Of a DNA stretch of 64,000 nt, positions 8,455 to 17,176 are shown piece by piece (within the stretch, counting starts at the first letter, position 1; every line of letters starts with the position of its first letter). A program made the position numbers and the translations under genes. The notes under the pieces were generated by a model. That model made no database searches. It had not been told where the DNA came from and saw nothing but the letters and a program-made list of their open reading frames with translations. This stretch comes from an uncultured virus (IMG/VR IMGVR_UViG_3300033993_000240) (Duplodnaviria > Heunggongvirae > Uroviricota > Caudoviricetes), in IMG/VR virus record IMGVR_UViG_3300033993_000240, one strand, 5' to 3'.

Positions 8455-9351
8455 ATGAACACAAAGGCAGTATCAGGAGAAGAAAACCAAGACGATGACA
8501 CCATTGTTGTTGAGGACGAAGGCCAAAGCACTGAGCAAACCACCGATGAGCACAAATCCATCGATGACCAGGGCGATGACCAGACAACCGAAGATGACGA
8601 AGGCGACAGCGACGAGGTAATCGTATCCATTGGTGAGGAAGCGCCACCTCCCGAAGAACAGACTCATGCGCCTGAATGGGTACGCGAGCTGCGTAAGACG
8701 AACAGAGAATTGCAACGGCAAAACCGTGAACTGCAAGGCAAGCTACAAAGCACCGCACAGACTGAGACCAAGCCGGTCGTGCTAGGCAAGAAGCCAAGTC
8801 TTGAAGAACATGACTATGACGCTGACAAATTCGAGGCAGCACTGGCCGATTGGTTTGAGCGCAAGCGACAAGCCGATGAAGCCCAAGCCAAGCAAGAAGC
8901 TGAAGTTATGAATCAGCAAAAAGCATGGCAAGCCAAACTGGATGGCTATGGCAAGGCGAAAGCCGAGCTGAGAGTCAAAGATTTTGAAGACGCTGAGGCC
9001 GTGGCCCAAGAGTTGTTCAACATCACCCAGCAAGGCGTGGTGCTCCAAGGTGCAGATAATCCTGCGCTCGTCATTTACGCACTTGGCAAAAATCCAAAGA
9101 AGGCCAAAGAGCTGTCCGACATTAAAGACCCTGTAAAGTTTGCCTTCGCGGTAGCGAAACTGGAGAAAGAATTGAAAGTTACAAACCGTAAGGCAGCCCC
9201 GCCACCCGAGAGAATTGTGTCAGGAACTGGCCGAGTATCTGGGGCGGTGGACTCAACCCTCGAACGGCTGCGAGAAGAAGCGGCTCGTACTGGCAACCTG
9301 ACGAAAGTCATCCAGTACAAGGCGCAGAAGCGAGCAGCTTCATCTAAATGA
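8455..9351 (+). CDS. Scaffolding protein (P22 gp8-like)
   Basis: Acidic N-terminus, coiled coils and basic C-terminal helix; between portal and coat. Confidence 0.85.
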   Translation: MNTKAVSGEENQDDDTIVVEDEGQSTEQTTDEHKSIDDQGDDQTTEDDEGDSDEVIVSIGEEAPPPEEQTHAPEWVRELRKTNRELQRQNRELQGKLQSTAQTETKPVVLGKKPSLEEHDYDADKFEAALADWFERKRQADEAQAKQEAEVMNQQKAWQAKLDGYGKAKAELRVKDFEDAEAVAQELFNITQQGVVLQGADNPALVIYALGKNPKKAKELSDIKDPVKFAFAVAKLEKELKVTNRKAAPPPERIVSGTGRVSGAVDSTLERLREEAARTGNLTKVIQYKAQKRAASSK

Positions 9352-9368
9352 TTTTTTAAGGAAATACC

Positions 9369-10661
9369 ATGTCCAATAGTTTCTCAAAAGAAGAGCGCGT
9401 TGCGTTTGAAGACCTTCTCGAAGGCTTCCAAGACGCGCTGGTTTTGTCTCGTCATGTCAACATCTACAACACAGATCAGACAATGATGGAACGCGCCAAC
9501 AACACCATCTGGCGTCCCCAGCCTTACATTGCCCAATCTATTTCCAGCACTCCTGGCAATAGCATTGCTGGCCAATACCAAGGCATGACACAGTTGGCCG
9601 TCCCCGCCACCTTGGGTTACAGCCAGACTGTGCCTTGGGAAATGACTGCCCTTGAGTTGCGCGATGCGTTGCAAGAAGGCCGTTTGGGTGAGAGCGCCAA
9701 GCAGAAGCTGGCCTCTGACATCAACGTTGCCATCATGAGTTCCGCTGCAAACCTCGGCTCTTTGGTTGTGCCAATCGCTGCTGCCGCTGGTGATTATGAT
9801 GATGTCTCCTTGTGCGACACCATCATGAACGAGCAAGGTGTTCCTGACTACGATCGTTTCATGGCTTTGTCTAGCCGTGACTACAACGGTCTGGCCGGTA
9901 ACTTGTCTCAAGCCAGCCGTTCGTTCGGCAATGCCAAGTCTGACAAGGCATACGAGCGCAACTACGTTGGCATGGTCGCAGGCTTCGACACCTACAAGAT
10001 GGACTACGCAAACCGCTTGGCAGCTGCTGCTGGCACTAGCAAGACCATCGACACAAACGGCTCTAACACACAAGCGAACTACGCTCCTCAAGCCACTTCC
10101 ACAGCTGTGGGCGGCCAGATCAACGTGGACAACCGCTTCCAGACCGTTACAGTGAACAGCACCACCGGCATTGCTGCTGGCGATGCATTCAAGATCGCTG
10201 AAGTCTACGCTGTGCACCACATCACCAAGCAAAGCACTGGTCAGTTGAAGACCTTCCGTGTTGTGTCTGTTGATTCTGGCACTACCATGACCATCACGCC
10301 TCCAATCATCGGTGCTCAAACCATCGGTGGCACAGGCCCAACAGACGCTCAGTTGCAGTACAAGAACGTGGAAGTTGCCATCGCAGCCGATGCAGCCGCT
10401 ATCACCTTCTTGAACGTCAACGCAGCTTCTGTGAACGTGTTCTGGCAGCGTGATTCCTTGGAAATCTTGCCTGGCCGTTACGCAGTGCCATCTGACGCTG
10501 GTGTTGCAGTGATGCGTGCAAGCACAGACCAAGGTATTGAGTTGGTCTTGCAAAAGTGGTACGACATCAACAGCATGACGATCAAGTATCGTATGGACAC
10601 GCTGTTCGGTGTGGTTAACAAGAACCCCGAGATGTCCGGCATCTTGTTGTTCAACCAGTAA
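9369..10661 (+). CDS. Major capsid protein (P22 gp5-like)
   Basis: 430 aa; KQKLASDIN, VAGFDT, V..VHHITKQSTGQLKTFRV I-domain, YR.DTLFGV. Confidence 0.92.
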   Translation: MSNSFSKEERVAFEDLLEGFQDALVLSRHVNIYNTDQTMMERANNTIWRPQPYIAQSISSTPGNSIAGQYQGMTQLAVPATLGYSQTVPWEMTALELRDALQEGRLGESAKQKLASDINVAIMSSAANLGSLVVPIAAAAGDYDDVSLCDTIMNEQGVPDYDRFMALSSRDYNGLAGNLSQASRSFGNAKSDKAYERNYVGMVAGFDTYKMDYANRLAAAAGTSKTIDTNGSNTQANYAPQATSTAVGGQINVDNRFQTVTVNSTTGIAAGDAFKIAEVYAVHHITKQSTGQLKTFRVVSVDSGTTMTITPPIIGAQTIGGTGPTDAQLQYKNVEVAIAADAAAITFLNVNAASVNVFWQRDSLEILPGRYAVPSDAGVAVMRASTDQGIELVLQKWYDINSMTIKYRMDTLFGVVNKNPEMSGILLFNQ

Positions 10662-10677
10662 TCCAGCAAAACAGATT

Positions 10678-10700
10678 GGGGGGCTTCGGCCCCCCTTTCT
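10678..10700 (+). terminator. Intrinsic terminator after coat gene
   Basis: GGGGGG-C(TTCG)G-CCCCCC-TTTCT. Confidence 0.75.
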
Positions 10701-10715
10701 CAATAGGAGCACACC

Positions 10716-10886
10716 ATGCCATTGACAAAAGGTTATTCAAGCAAATCCATCGGCAAGAACATCAAGATGGAAAAGAAGTCCGGCAAGCCAATGAAGCAGG
10801 CCGTGGCCATCGCATTGAACGTGGCGACCAAAGCAGCTAAGGCCGCAGGTAAGCCAAGCAAAGCGCCTAAAAAGGCTATGAAATGA
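10716..10886 (+). CDS. Small Lys-rich protein (56 aa, MPLTKGYSSKSIGKNI)
   Basis: RBS AGGAG; conserved in unit B; below the ORF-track cutoff. Confidence 0.75.
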   Translation: MPLTKGYSSKSIGKNIKMEKKSGKPMKQAVAIALNVATKAAKAAGKPSKAPKKAMK

Positions 10887-11059
10887 AGGCCGGTCTCTAC
10901 GCCAACATTCACGCCAAGCGTGAGCGCATTGCAGACCAGAAGGCCGCAGGCAAAACCCCTGAGCGCATGCGCAAGCCTGGCACAAAGGGCGCACCTACTG
11001 CCGCAGCGTTCAAAGCAGCCGCCAAGACCGCCAAGCCCATGAAAAGAAAGGCCAAGTGA
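10883..11059 (+). CDS. Small basic protein (58 aa, MKAGLYANIHAKRER)
   Basis: ATGA overlap; conserved in unit B; GLYANIHAKR motif recalled from aquatic phages. Confidence 0.75.
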   Translation: MKAGLYANIHAKRERIADQKAAGKTPERMRKPGTKGAPTAAAFKAAAKTAKPMKRKAK

Positions 11060-11355
11060 TGCAAGACATCATTCTCACGCCAAGGTACGCAAAAAATAAA
11101 AAGCCTGTAAAGGTACGCAAGCCATCCAAGCCAATCGATGGCATCAACCATCGTCTGCTGGCCGAGCAAGCTGCCGCAGCAGAAGCTAAAGCTCAAGAAG
11201 TAGTGGACATTGAGCCAGTCGATGAATCAGCACCAACCCGAGAAGAACTTGAGGCAAAAGCCACAGAACTCGGAATTCGCTTTGATGGTCGCACAAAAGA
11301 CAAAAAACTGGGACAATTGATCCAAGACAGATTGTCTGAGAACACAGGAGAATGA
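11059..11355 (+). CDS. Protein with C-terminal HeH/LEM-like helical motif
   Basis: PTREELEAKATELGIRFDGRTKDKKL shared with 44682..45125. Confidence 0.7.
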   Translation: MQDIILTPRYAKNKKPVKVRKPSKPIDGINHRLLAEQAAAAEAKAQEVVDIEPVDESAPTREELEAKATELGIRFDGRTKDKKLGQLIQDRLSENTGE

Positions 11356-11356
11356 C

Positions 11357-11839
11357 ATGGGATGGACAAAGCGCCAATTCGTCACACAGGCCTTCGAGGA
11401 AATTGGCCTTGCATCCTACGTTTTTGATCTGACACCAGAGCAACAACAGTCTGCCCTGCGCAGGCTGGACACCATGATTGCAGCATGGAACGCGCTTGGC
11501 ATTCGCCTTGGCTACCCACTGCCATCAAGCCCTCAAGACAGCGATCTTGACGAGCAGACCAACGTGCCCGACAGCTCAAACGAGGCCATCTACACAAACT
11601 TGGCCATCAAGCTGGCACCAAGCTACGGCAAGCAAGTCATGCCTGACACCAAGGCCACGGCTAAAGAATCCTACAACACACTGCTGTCACGTGCTGCTAT
11701 GCCAATGGAGCAACAACTTCCAAGCACCATGCCAGCAGGCGCAGGCAACAAGCCTTGGCGCGTATACGACAATCCATTCATCCGTCCACCATACGATCCA
11801 GTCTTGGCCGGTCAAGATGGCCCACTCGAATTCAACTGA
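11357..11839 (+). CDS. Head-tail adaptor (P22 gp4-like)
   Basis: TK..FV..A..EIG, ALRRLD.M.A.W, NLAIKLAPSYG, MPAGAGNK. Confidence 0.82.
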   Translation: MGWTKRQFVTQAFEEIGLASYVFDLTPEQQQSALRRLDTMIAAWNALGIRLGYPLPSSPQDSDLDEQTNVPDSSNEAIYTNLAIKLAPSYGKQVMPDTKATAKESYNTLLSRAAMPMEQQLPSTMPAGAGNKPWRVYDNPFIRPPYDPVLAGQDGPLEFN

Positions 11840-11851
11840 GGAAACACAATC

Positions 11852-12835
11852 ATGCCAACCATCAACCAACTTTCAGGCATCAGTCAAGTCTCTGGCGGTG
11901 ACCTTCTGCCGGTCTATGTCTCCAACAATGGCGATGCTCGCAAGGTTTCGATCACGCAGTTGTTGCAATATTTTGAGCAGACATTCGCAGCTCCAACCGT
12001 GGCCACCAACCTGTACACACCAGGCACTGGCTTCAATATCACAGTTCCAACACCTACCAGTGAACAGCAATGGATGATTCTCCAGCCTGCTAGCACACTT
12101 GCCACTGGAACAGTCACACTGCCATTGAACACTGGTGTTCCTGATGGTACACAGGTGCTCATCACAAGCACGCAGACCATCACCAGCTTCACAATTGCGC
12201 TAAATGGCGCAGCAGCTATTTTTGGTGCTGTCTCTACGCTGACTGCTGGCGCTGCAATTTGCTACAGGTTTTACCAAGCAACAAATTCTTGGTACAACGT
12301 AACCAATGAAACATCAGGTTACAACGCAGCAATCCAAGCATTTTTGAACAGCCCAAGTTCTGCAAATCTTCGTGCTGCTGTCACAGATGAAACAGGAACT
12401 GGCGCACTTGTGTTTGCCAACACTCCAGCATTGGTGACACCAGACATTGGCGCAGCTACTGGAACAAGTCTGACAGCCACAGGAACAATTGTTTCGACAG
12501 GAACGGCTGGCGTTGGTTATGGCACTGGAGCTGGTGGCACTATCACTCAAGGCACAAGCCGCACCACAGGCGTGACTATTAACAAAACATCTGGTGCAAT
12601 CACACTATTCAGTGCAGCAGGTTCGGCTACAGCTGCAACCTTCACTGTGACCAATAGCACCGTGGCCGCAACAGATGTAATCATCCTGAACCAAAAATCA
12701 GGCACTGATTTATACGATTTAAAGGTGACAGCAGTGGCTGCTGGAAGTTTTAACATCACATTCAATACAACTGGTGGCACAACAACTGAGCAACCAGTTT
12801 TCAACTTTGCGGTTATCAAAGCTGTTGCAGCTTAA
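11852..12835 (+). CDS. Thr/Gly-rich structural protein (327 aa)
   Basis: N-terminal ~150 aa shared with 45622..46077; C-terminal SSANLRAAVTDETGTGALVFA fibre-like motif. Confidence 0.65.
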   Translation: MPTINQLSGISQVSGGDLLPVYVSNNGDARKVSITQLLQYFEQTFAAPTVATNLYTPGTGFNITVPTPTSEQQWMILQPASTLATGTVTLPLNTGVPDGTQVLITSTQTITSFTIALNGAAAIFGAVSTLTAGAAICYRFYQATNSWYNVTNETSGYNAAIQAFLNSPSSANLRAAVTDETGTGALVFANTPALVTPDIGAATGTSLTATGTIVSTGTAGVGYGTGAGGTITQGTSRTTGVTINKTSGAITLFSAAGSATAATFTVTNSTVAATDVIILNQKSGTDLYDLKVTAVAAGSFNITFNTTGGTTTEQPVFNFAVIKAVAA

Positions 12836-12840
12836 GAAAT

Positions 12841-13125
12841 ATGGCCACCAAAGACTCAAGACTAGCTCGCATTGGTGTGGAAGGCTACAACAAACCTAAA
12901 CGCACGCCATCGCATCCGACCAAAAGCCATGTTGTTGTGGCCAAGGCAGGCGACCAAGTGAAAACCATTCGCTTTGGTCAGCAGGGCGTGTCTGGGTCTC
13001 CAAAGAAGGAAGGCGAGTCAAAATCAGACAAGACTCGTCGAGAATCATTCAAGGCTAGGCACGCTGAGAACATTGCCAAAGGCAAGATGAGTGCAGCGTA
13101 CTGGGCCAATAAGGTCAAGTGGTAA
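12841..13125 (+). CDS. Small basic protein (94 aa)
   Basis: IRFGQQG, SFKARH, SAAYWA motifs; conserved in unit B. Confidence 0.8.
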   Translation: MATKDSRLARIGVEGYNKPKRTPSHPTKSHVVVAKAGDQVKTIRFGQQGVSGSPKKEGESKSDKTRRESFKARHAENIAKGKMSAAYWANKVKW

Positions 13126-13128
13126 GCC

Positions 13129-14541
13129 ATGCAAATCCCAATCCTAAACGGCATCTACGCTGACAACACGCCAGAGTTGCGCACTGCCTATCCGGTCAAC
13201 ATGGTGCCAGTGCCAAAACAGTCTGGCATCAGCAACGGATTCCTGCGACCAGGAGATGGCATTGTGTCCAATGGCACAGGCCCAGGCACAGATCGTGGCG
13301 GCATCAACTGGAATGGCATCTGCTATCGAGTTATGGGCACCAAACTTGTGACCGTCTCCAGCAGTGGCGCTGTGACTGTGCTTGGAGATGTTGGTGGGCC
13401 AACCACTGAGCTGGTGACATTCGACTACAGCTTCGATCTGCTTGGAATTGCATCCGGTAGTCGTCTGTATTTCTGGGACCCAGTGGCATCAACACTCACA
13501 CAGAACACTGATCCAGACCTTGGTGTGGTGCTTGACTTCTGTTGGGTGGATGGTTACTTTATGACCACAGACGGAGAGTTTCTAATCGTCACAGAGCTGT
13601 CCAATCCATTGGCTGTCAATCCACTGAAATATGGTAGTTCAGAAGTTGATCCAGACCCTGTGGTTGCTTTGCTCAAGTTGCGCAATGAAGTCTATGCGAT
13701 GAACCGAAACACCATTGAGGTGTTCGACAATGTGGGTGGAGAATTATTCCCATTTGCACGCATCGATGGCGCTCAAATCCAAAAGGGTGTGGTCGGCACA
13801 TTTGCCTGCTGCGTCTACATCGAGCGAATAGCATTCTTGGGTAGTGGCCGCAATGAAGCGCCAGGCATCTACATTGGTGCGGCAGCCACTACCCAGAAAC
13901 TCAGCACGCAGGAGATCGACAATCTGTTGCTGACATACACCGAAATGCAACTGGCTACATCAAAGCTGGAAGCACGCAATGACAAAAACCACCAACATCT
14001 CTACGTTCACCTGCCAGACCGCACCATCGTCTATGACGCATCAGCATCTGAGGCATTGGGTGAGCCTGTCTGGTTTACCTTAACAACCAGCGTTGTAAAT
14101 TTTGCGCAATATCGTGCACGCAACATGGTCTGGTGCTATGACAAATGGTTGGTGGGTGATCCACAATCCAGTTCCATTGGATACCTTGTGCAAGACACTG
14201 GCCATCACTGGGGTCAGCAGGTGCGCTGGGAGTTTGGCACTCTGATCGTCTACAACGAAAGCAATGGAGCAATCTTCAATGAGCTTGAGTTGGTCAGCTT
14301 GACTGGAAGCGTGGCATTGGGAACAAATCCACAGATCAGCACCAGTTACAGCGTGGACGGTAAGTCATGGAGCCAAGATCGCAGCATTACCGTTGGCACG
14401 ACAGGAAACACAGCCAAGCGCCTTGCATGGTTTCAGCAAGGCCACATGCGCAACTGGCGCATCCAACGATTCCGTGGTGACAGCGATGCCCATGTGTCAT
14501 TCATCCGTCTTGAAGCCCAGATCGAGGCATTGGCATTCTGA
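13129..14541 (+). CDS. Tail hub/nozzle (P22 gp10-like DNA stabilization protein)
   Basis: 470 aa beta-rich; PVNM.P, DGYF, E.DPD; position after gp4. Confidence 0.85.
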   Translation: MQIPILNGIYADNTPELRTAYPVNMVPVPKQSGISNGFLRPGDGIVSNGTGPGTDRGGINWNGICYRVMGTKLVTVSSSGAVTVLGDVGGPTTELVTFDYSFDLLGIASGSRLYFWDPVASTLTQNTDPDLGVVLDFCWVDGYFMTTDGEFLIVTELSNPLAVNPLKYGSSEVDPDPVVALLKLRNEVYAMNRNTIEVFDNVGGELFPFARIDGAQIQKGVVGTFACCVYIERIAFLGSGRNEAPGIYIGAAATTQKLSTQEIDNLLLTYTEMQLATSKLEARNDKNHQHLYVHLPDRTIVYDASASEALGEPVWFTLTTSVVNFAQYRARNMVWCYDKWLVGDPQSSSIGYLVQDTGHHWGQQVRWEFGTLIVYNESNGAIFNELELVSLTGSVALGTNPQISTSYSVDGKSWSQDRSITVGTTGNTAKRLAWFQQGHMRNWRIQRFRGDSDAHVSFIRLEAQIEALAF

Positions 14542-15566
14542 TGGCAACCGCACCAGTTTCCCGCAGGCTCAATTTGACGCGAGACCAACTCGCGGCATTT
14601 TTGACTGACCAGCAACAGATCAGGCAGTTTGAGTTGCTTTTTGCAACTGTAGATGAGCTTCAAGTCATCACAGGAACTGACTTCGAGTATCAAGCAGACA
14701 CGGCAGCGGCTACAGCAAACGAGGCGCTTGCCCAACTTAGCGCACTCGCACAAGACACCGCAGTCGAAGACGCTGTGCTAAATGCCAAAGTACAACAAGC
14801 CTTGGATGCTATTCCTCGCCTGGCTCAAATGCTTGAGCTATTGGCAGCAGCTCCAGCCATCCAGAACAATAACTCGGTGGCCACCGATTACATCGACTTC
14901 AACAACAATGCTCCTGATCCTTCTATCAAGGTTGGCAGACTGCACTGGAATGGTGGATATACGCTCAATTTGGATATGACAGCAAACGTCAGTCAATCCA
15001 TTGGCGAGTCGCAGTATTACTACATCAAAGCCTCAGCAGCCATTGCCAAAGGCCAGTTGGTCATGTTCGATGGCTCTGTTGGTGCATCTGGTGTGCTAAA
15101 AGGCAAACCATCGACTGGTGTGACAAATGGCCAGCTCATCATGGGCGTGGCAGCAGAAGCCATTGCAAACAATGGATTCGGTCTTGTCTCAAGTTTCGGA
15201 CTGGTGCGAGGATTTAACACCACCGGCACACCATATGGCGAGGTCTGGGCAGACGGTGACATCCTGTACTACAACCCATCATTTGCTGGCGGCCTGACAA
15301 AGAATCTGCCAACAGCACCAATCCCTCACATCGTTGTTGCTGCGGTGGTCAACGCTTCATCAGCAGGCGCTGGCTCAGTTTTTGTCAGAGTTCAGGCCGA
15401 GCCATTGGTCAGCCAACTGTCTGATGTTTACGCGCCAACACCATCAAATGGTGATGTCCTCGTTTACGATGGAGTCCAACTACGTTGGGAGAACGGCCCA
15501 GTGCCAGCCTCAAGCCTTCCAGCTTCTGTCAAATCTAACTTGGTGCTCACATGGCTTTCGATGTAA
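14541..15566 (+). CDS. Tail-associated protein with ~200-aa internal extra domain
   Basis: Termini match the 140-aa protein at 48992..49414. Confidence 0.65.
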   Translation: MATAPVSRRLNLTRDQLAAFLTDQQQIRQFELLFATVDELQVITGTDFEYQADTAAATANEALAQLSALAQDTAVEDAVLNAKVQQALDAIPRLAQMLELLAAAPAIQNNNSVATDYIDFNNNAPDPSIKVGRLHWNGGYTLNLDMTANVSQSIGESQYYYIKASAAIAKGQLVMFDGSVGASGVLKGKPSTGVTNGQLIMGVAAEAIANNGFGLVSSFGLVRGFNTTGTPYGEVWADGDILYYNPSFAGGLTKNLPTAPIPHIVVAAVVNASSAGAGSVFVRVQAEPLVSQLSDVYAPTPSNGDVLVYDGVQLRWENGPVPASSLPASVKSNLVLTWLSM

Positions 15567-15886
15567 TAACACCCGCAAAACTTGGCCAAGCGGCCATCAC
15601 GACAGGCGTGACCACGCTATACACCGTACCGGCCAGCACTCGCACGTTGCTCAAAGAATTCAGCATTGCCAACACCACGGCAGCGGCCATCAATGTGCGC
15701 GTGTTCTTAGTTCCATCCGCAGGGACAGCAGGAACAAGCAATGCGTTCATCTACGATCTTCCAGTTCCTGCCAATAACACTCTTCAGTACAACGGTGTCG
15801 AAGTGCTAAACGCAGGTGACACAATCCAAATTCAGGCAGCATCTGCTGGCCTAACCATCATCGCCAGCGGTGGCGAAGCCACATAA
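15551..15886 (+). CDS. Small beta-rich structural protein (111 aa)
   Basis: Conserved in unit B; paralogous to the next gene. Confidence 0.7.
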   Translation: MAFDVITPAKLGQAAITTGVTTLYTVPASTRTLLKEFSIANTTAAAINVRVFLVPSAGTAGTSNAFIYDLPVPANNTLQYNGVEVLNAGDTIQIQAASAGLTIIASGGEAT

Positions 15887-15896
15887 GGAGAATGAA

Positions 15897-16232
15897 ATGA
15901 CCGTATCAATCAAGGTGCTGATCCCACCAAAACAGGCCGAAAATTCACAAACTACGCAGTACACAGCTGTCAACTGCAAGGCGATCATTGACAAGTTCAC
16001 GATCACCAACACCAGCGCAGGAAATGTGACGATCAGCGTCAACTTGGTGACAAGTGGTGGCAGCCCTGGCGCATCAAACCTGATTATGGACACGCGAAGC
16101 ATTGCACCCGATGAAACCTACACATGCCCAGAGCTTGTCGGCCAAGCATTGGAGTCCGGCAGTTTCATCAGCACTATTGCAAGTGCAGCCACCTCGCTCA
16201 CAATCCGCGCATCTGGCCGCGAAATCACTTAA
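15897..16232 (+). CDS. Small beta-rich structural protein (111 aa), paralog of previous gene
   Basis: RBS AAGGAG; shared YT..., LV.S.G..G.SN and LTI.ASG.E.T pattern. Confidence 0.7.
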   Translation: MTVSIKVLIPPKQAENSQTTQYTAVNCKAIIDKFTITNTSAGNVTISVNLVTSGGSPGASNLIMDTRSIAPDETYTCPELVGQALESGSFISTIASAATSLTIRASGREIT

Positions 16233-16246
16233 TCAAGGAGAACAGC

Positions 16247-16648
16247 ATGGACAAATTCATGATGATGCCAAAGGGCTTTATGGGCTTGCCGATGGAGGAA
16301 GAATTCATCACCACAGCCGAGAACAAGAAGAACACCCAGATCGCCATTGATGACTGGATGCTTGGCCCTGAGAATCCAAGCAACGAGCCAACGGCCAATA
16401 AAACCTACTGGATCGCTGTTGGCAAGGCCATGCAAGTGGACGAAAAAGAAGCTCGTCGTCGTCGTTGCTCGAACTGCGAGTACTACGACAACAGCACCAT
16501 GACGCAGGCCAAGATGGAGCGCATCCCACGCAATGAGTGGGACACCAATGCTGGTTTCCGTGGTTATTGCACCAAATTTGAGTTCATCTGCCACGACCTC
16601 CGTGTCTGCCAGGCATGGGAAGAACGTGAATTTGAAATGGAAGATTGA
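16247..16648 (+). CDS. Cys-rich protein (133 aa), HiPIP-like Cys pattern
   Basis: RCSNCEYY...GYCTKFEFICHDLRVCQAW; RBS AAGGAG. Confidence 0.7.
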   Translation: MDKFMMMPKGFMGLPMEEEFITTAENKKNTQIAIDDWMLGPENPSNEPTANKTYWIAVGKAMQVDEKEARRRRCSNCEYYDNSTMTQAKMERIPRNEWDTNAGFRGYCTKFEFICHDLRVCQAWEEREFEMED

Positions 16649-16672
16649 CCAAATGCCAAAATGTGGGAAAAT
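16645..16672 (+). promoter_or_regulatory. Putative promoter before ejection-protein genes
   Basis: TTGACC-N16-GAAAAT with TG extension; unit B differs only in the spacer. Confidence 0.4.
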
Positions 16673-16726
16673 AAAGGCGCTGAGTCTATCGGGCCACCAG
16701 CAGCTCACCCTTAACAGGAGTTGCAC

Positions 16727-17176
16727 ATGATTGGTATCGATTGGCTCAAGGAGAACCTGCAAAGGGTTTTCATGTTGCCTGCGCCAGTCGTGGAATGGCT
16801 CGTTATGGTTTACGATGCCATTCAGGTGTTTGACGATATTGCTGATGGCGACACGGTAGAGCGCAAAGACCTGAATGCGACCATCTGGAACACAATGGTG
16901 GGCATGCATCAAAACCAATTTTTTATCACAAACAGCCACCACCTAGTGCCATTGCTAGCCACAGCAATCATGAAGTGGCAAGCCTCTGACCAAGCAGAGC
17001 GTGCAGGTGAGGCCGATGCCAGATCATTCGTCTGGCGTGCAGGCTACTACGATCTGATCCTTATGGCCGTATCGCTTACGCATGGCCCAGGCTTTGCCAC
17101 AAAGAATGCTCATCTGGTCATGGATTTATATGGCGAGAAATTTGAAGACTACATGAAGGAGTTCGGCAATGCCTGA
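16727..17176 (+). CDS. All-alpha protein with DDxxD motif (149 aa)
   Basis: IQVFDDIADGD; RBS CAGGAG; conserved in unit B. Confidence 0.7.
   Translation: MIGIDWLKENLQRVFMLPAPVVEWLVMVYDAIQVFDDIADGDTVERKDLNATIWNTMVGMHQNQFFITNSHHLVPLLATAIMKWQASDQAERAGEADARSFVWRAGYYDLILMAVSLTHGPGFATKNAHLVMDLYGEKFEDYMKEFGNA

Noticed and set aside
9384..10712. Long antisense ORFs (442 aa opposite coat, 282 aa opposite portal, 293 aa opposite the ejection gene)
   Set aside because: Not preserved at full length in unit B; expected shadows of codon bias
16676..16712. Structured leader (GCTGAG...CAGCAGCTCA) before the DDxxD gene as a riboswitch or second pseudoknot
   Set aside because: Only 4-5 bp alternative pairings; too weak to call
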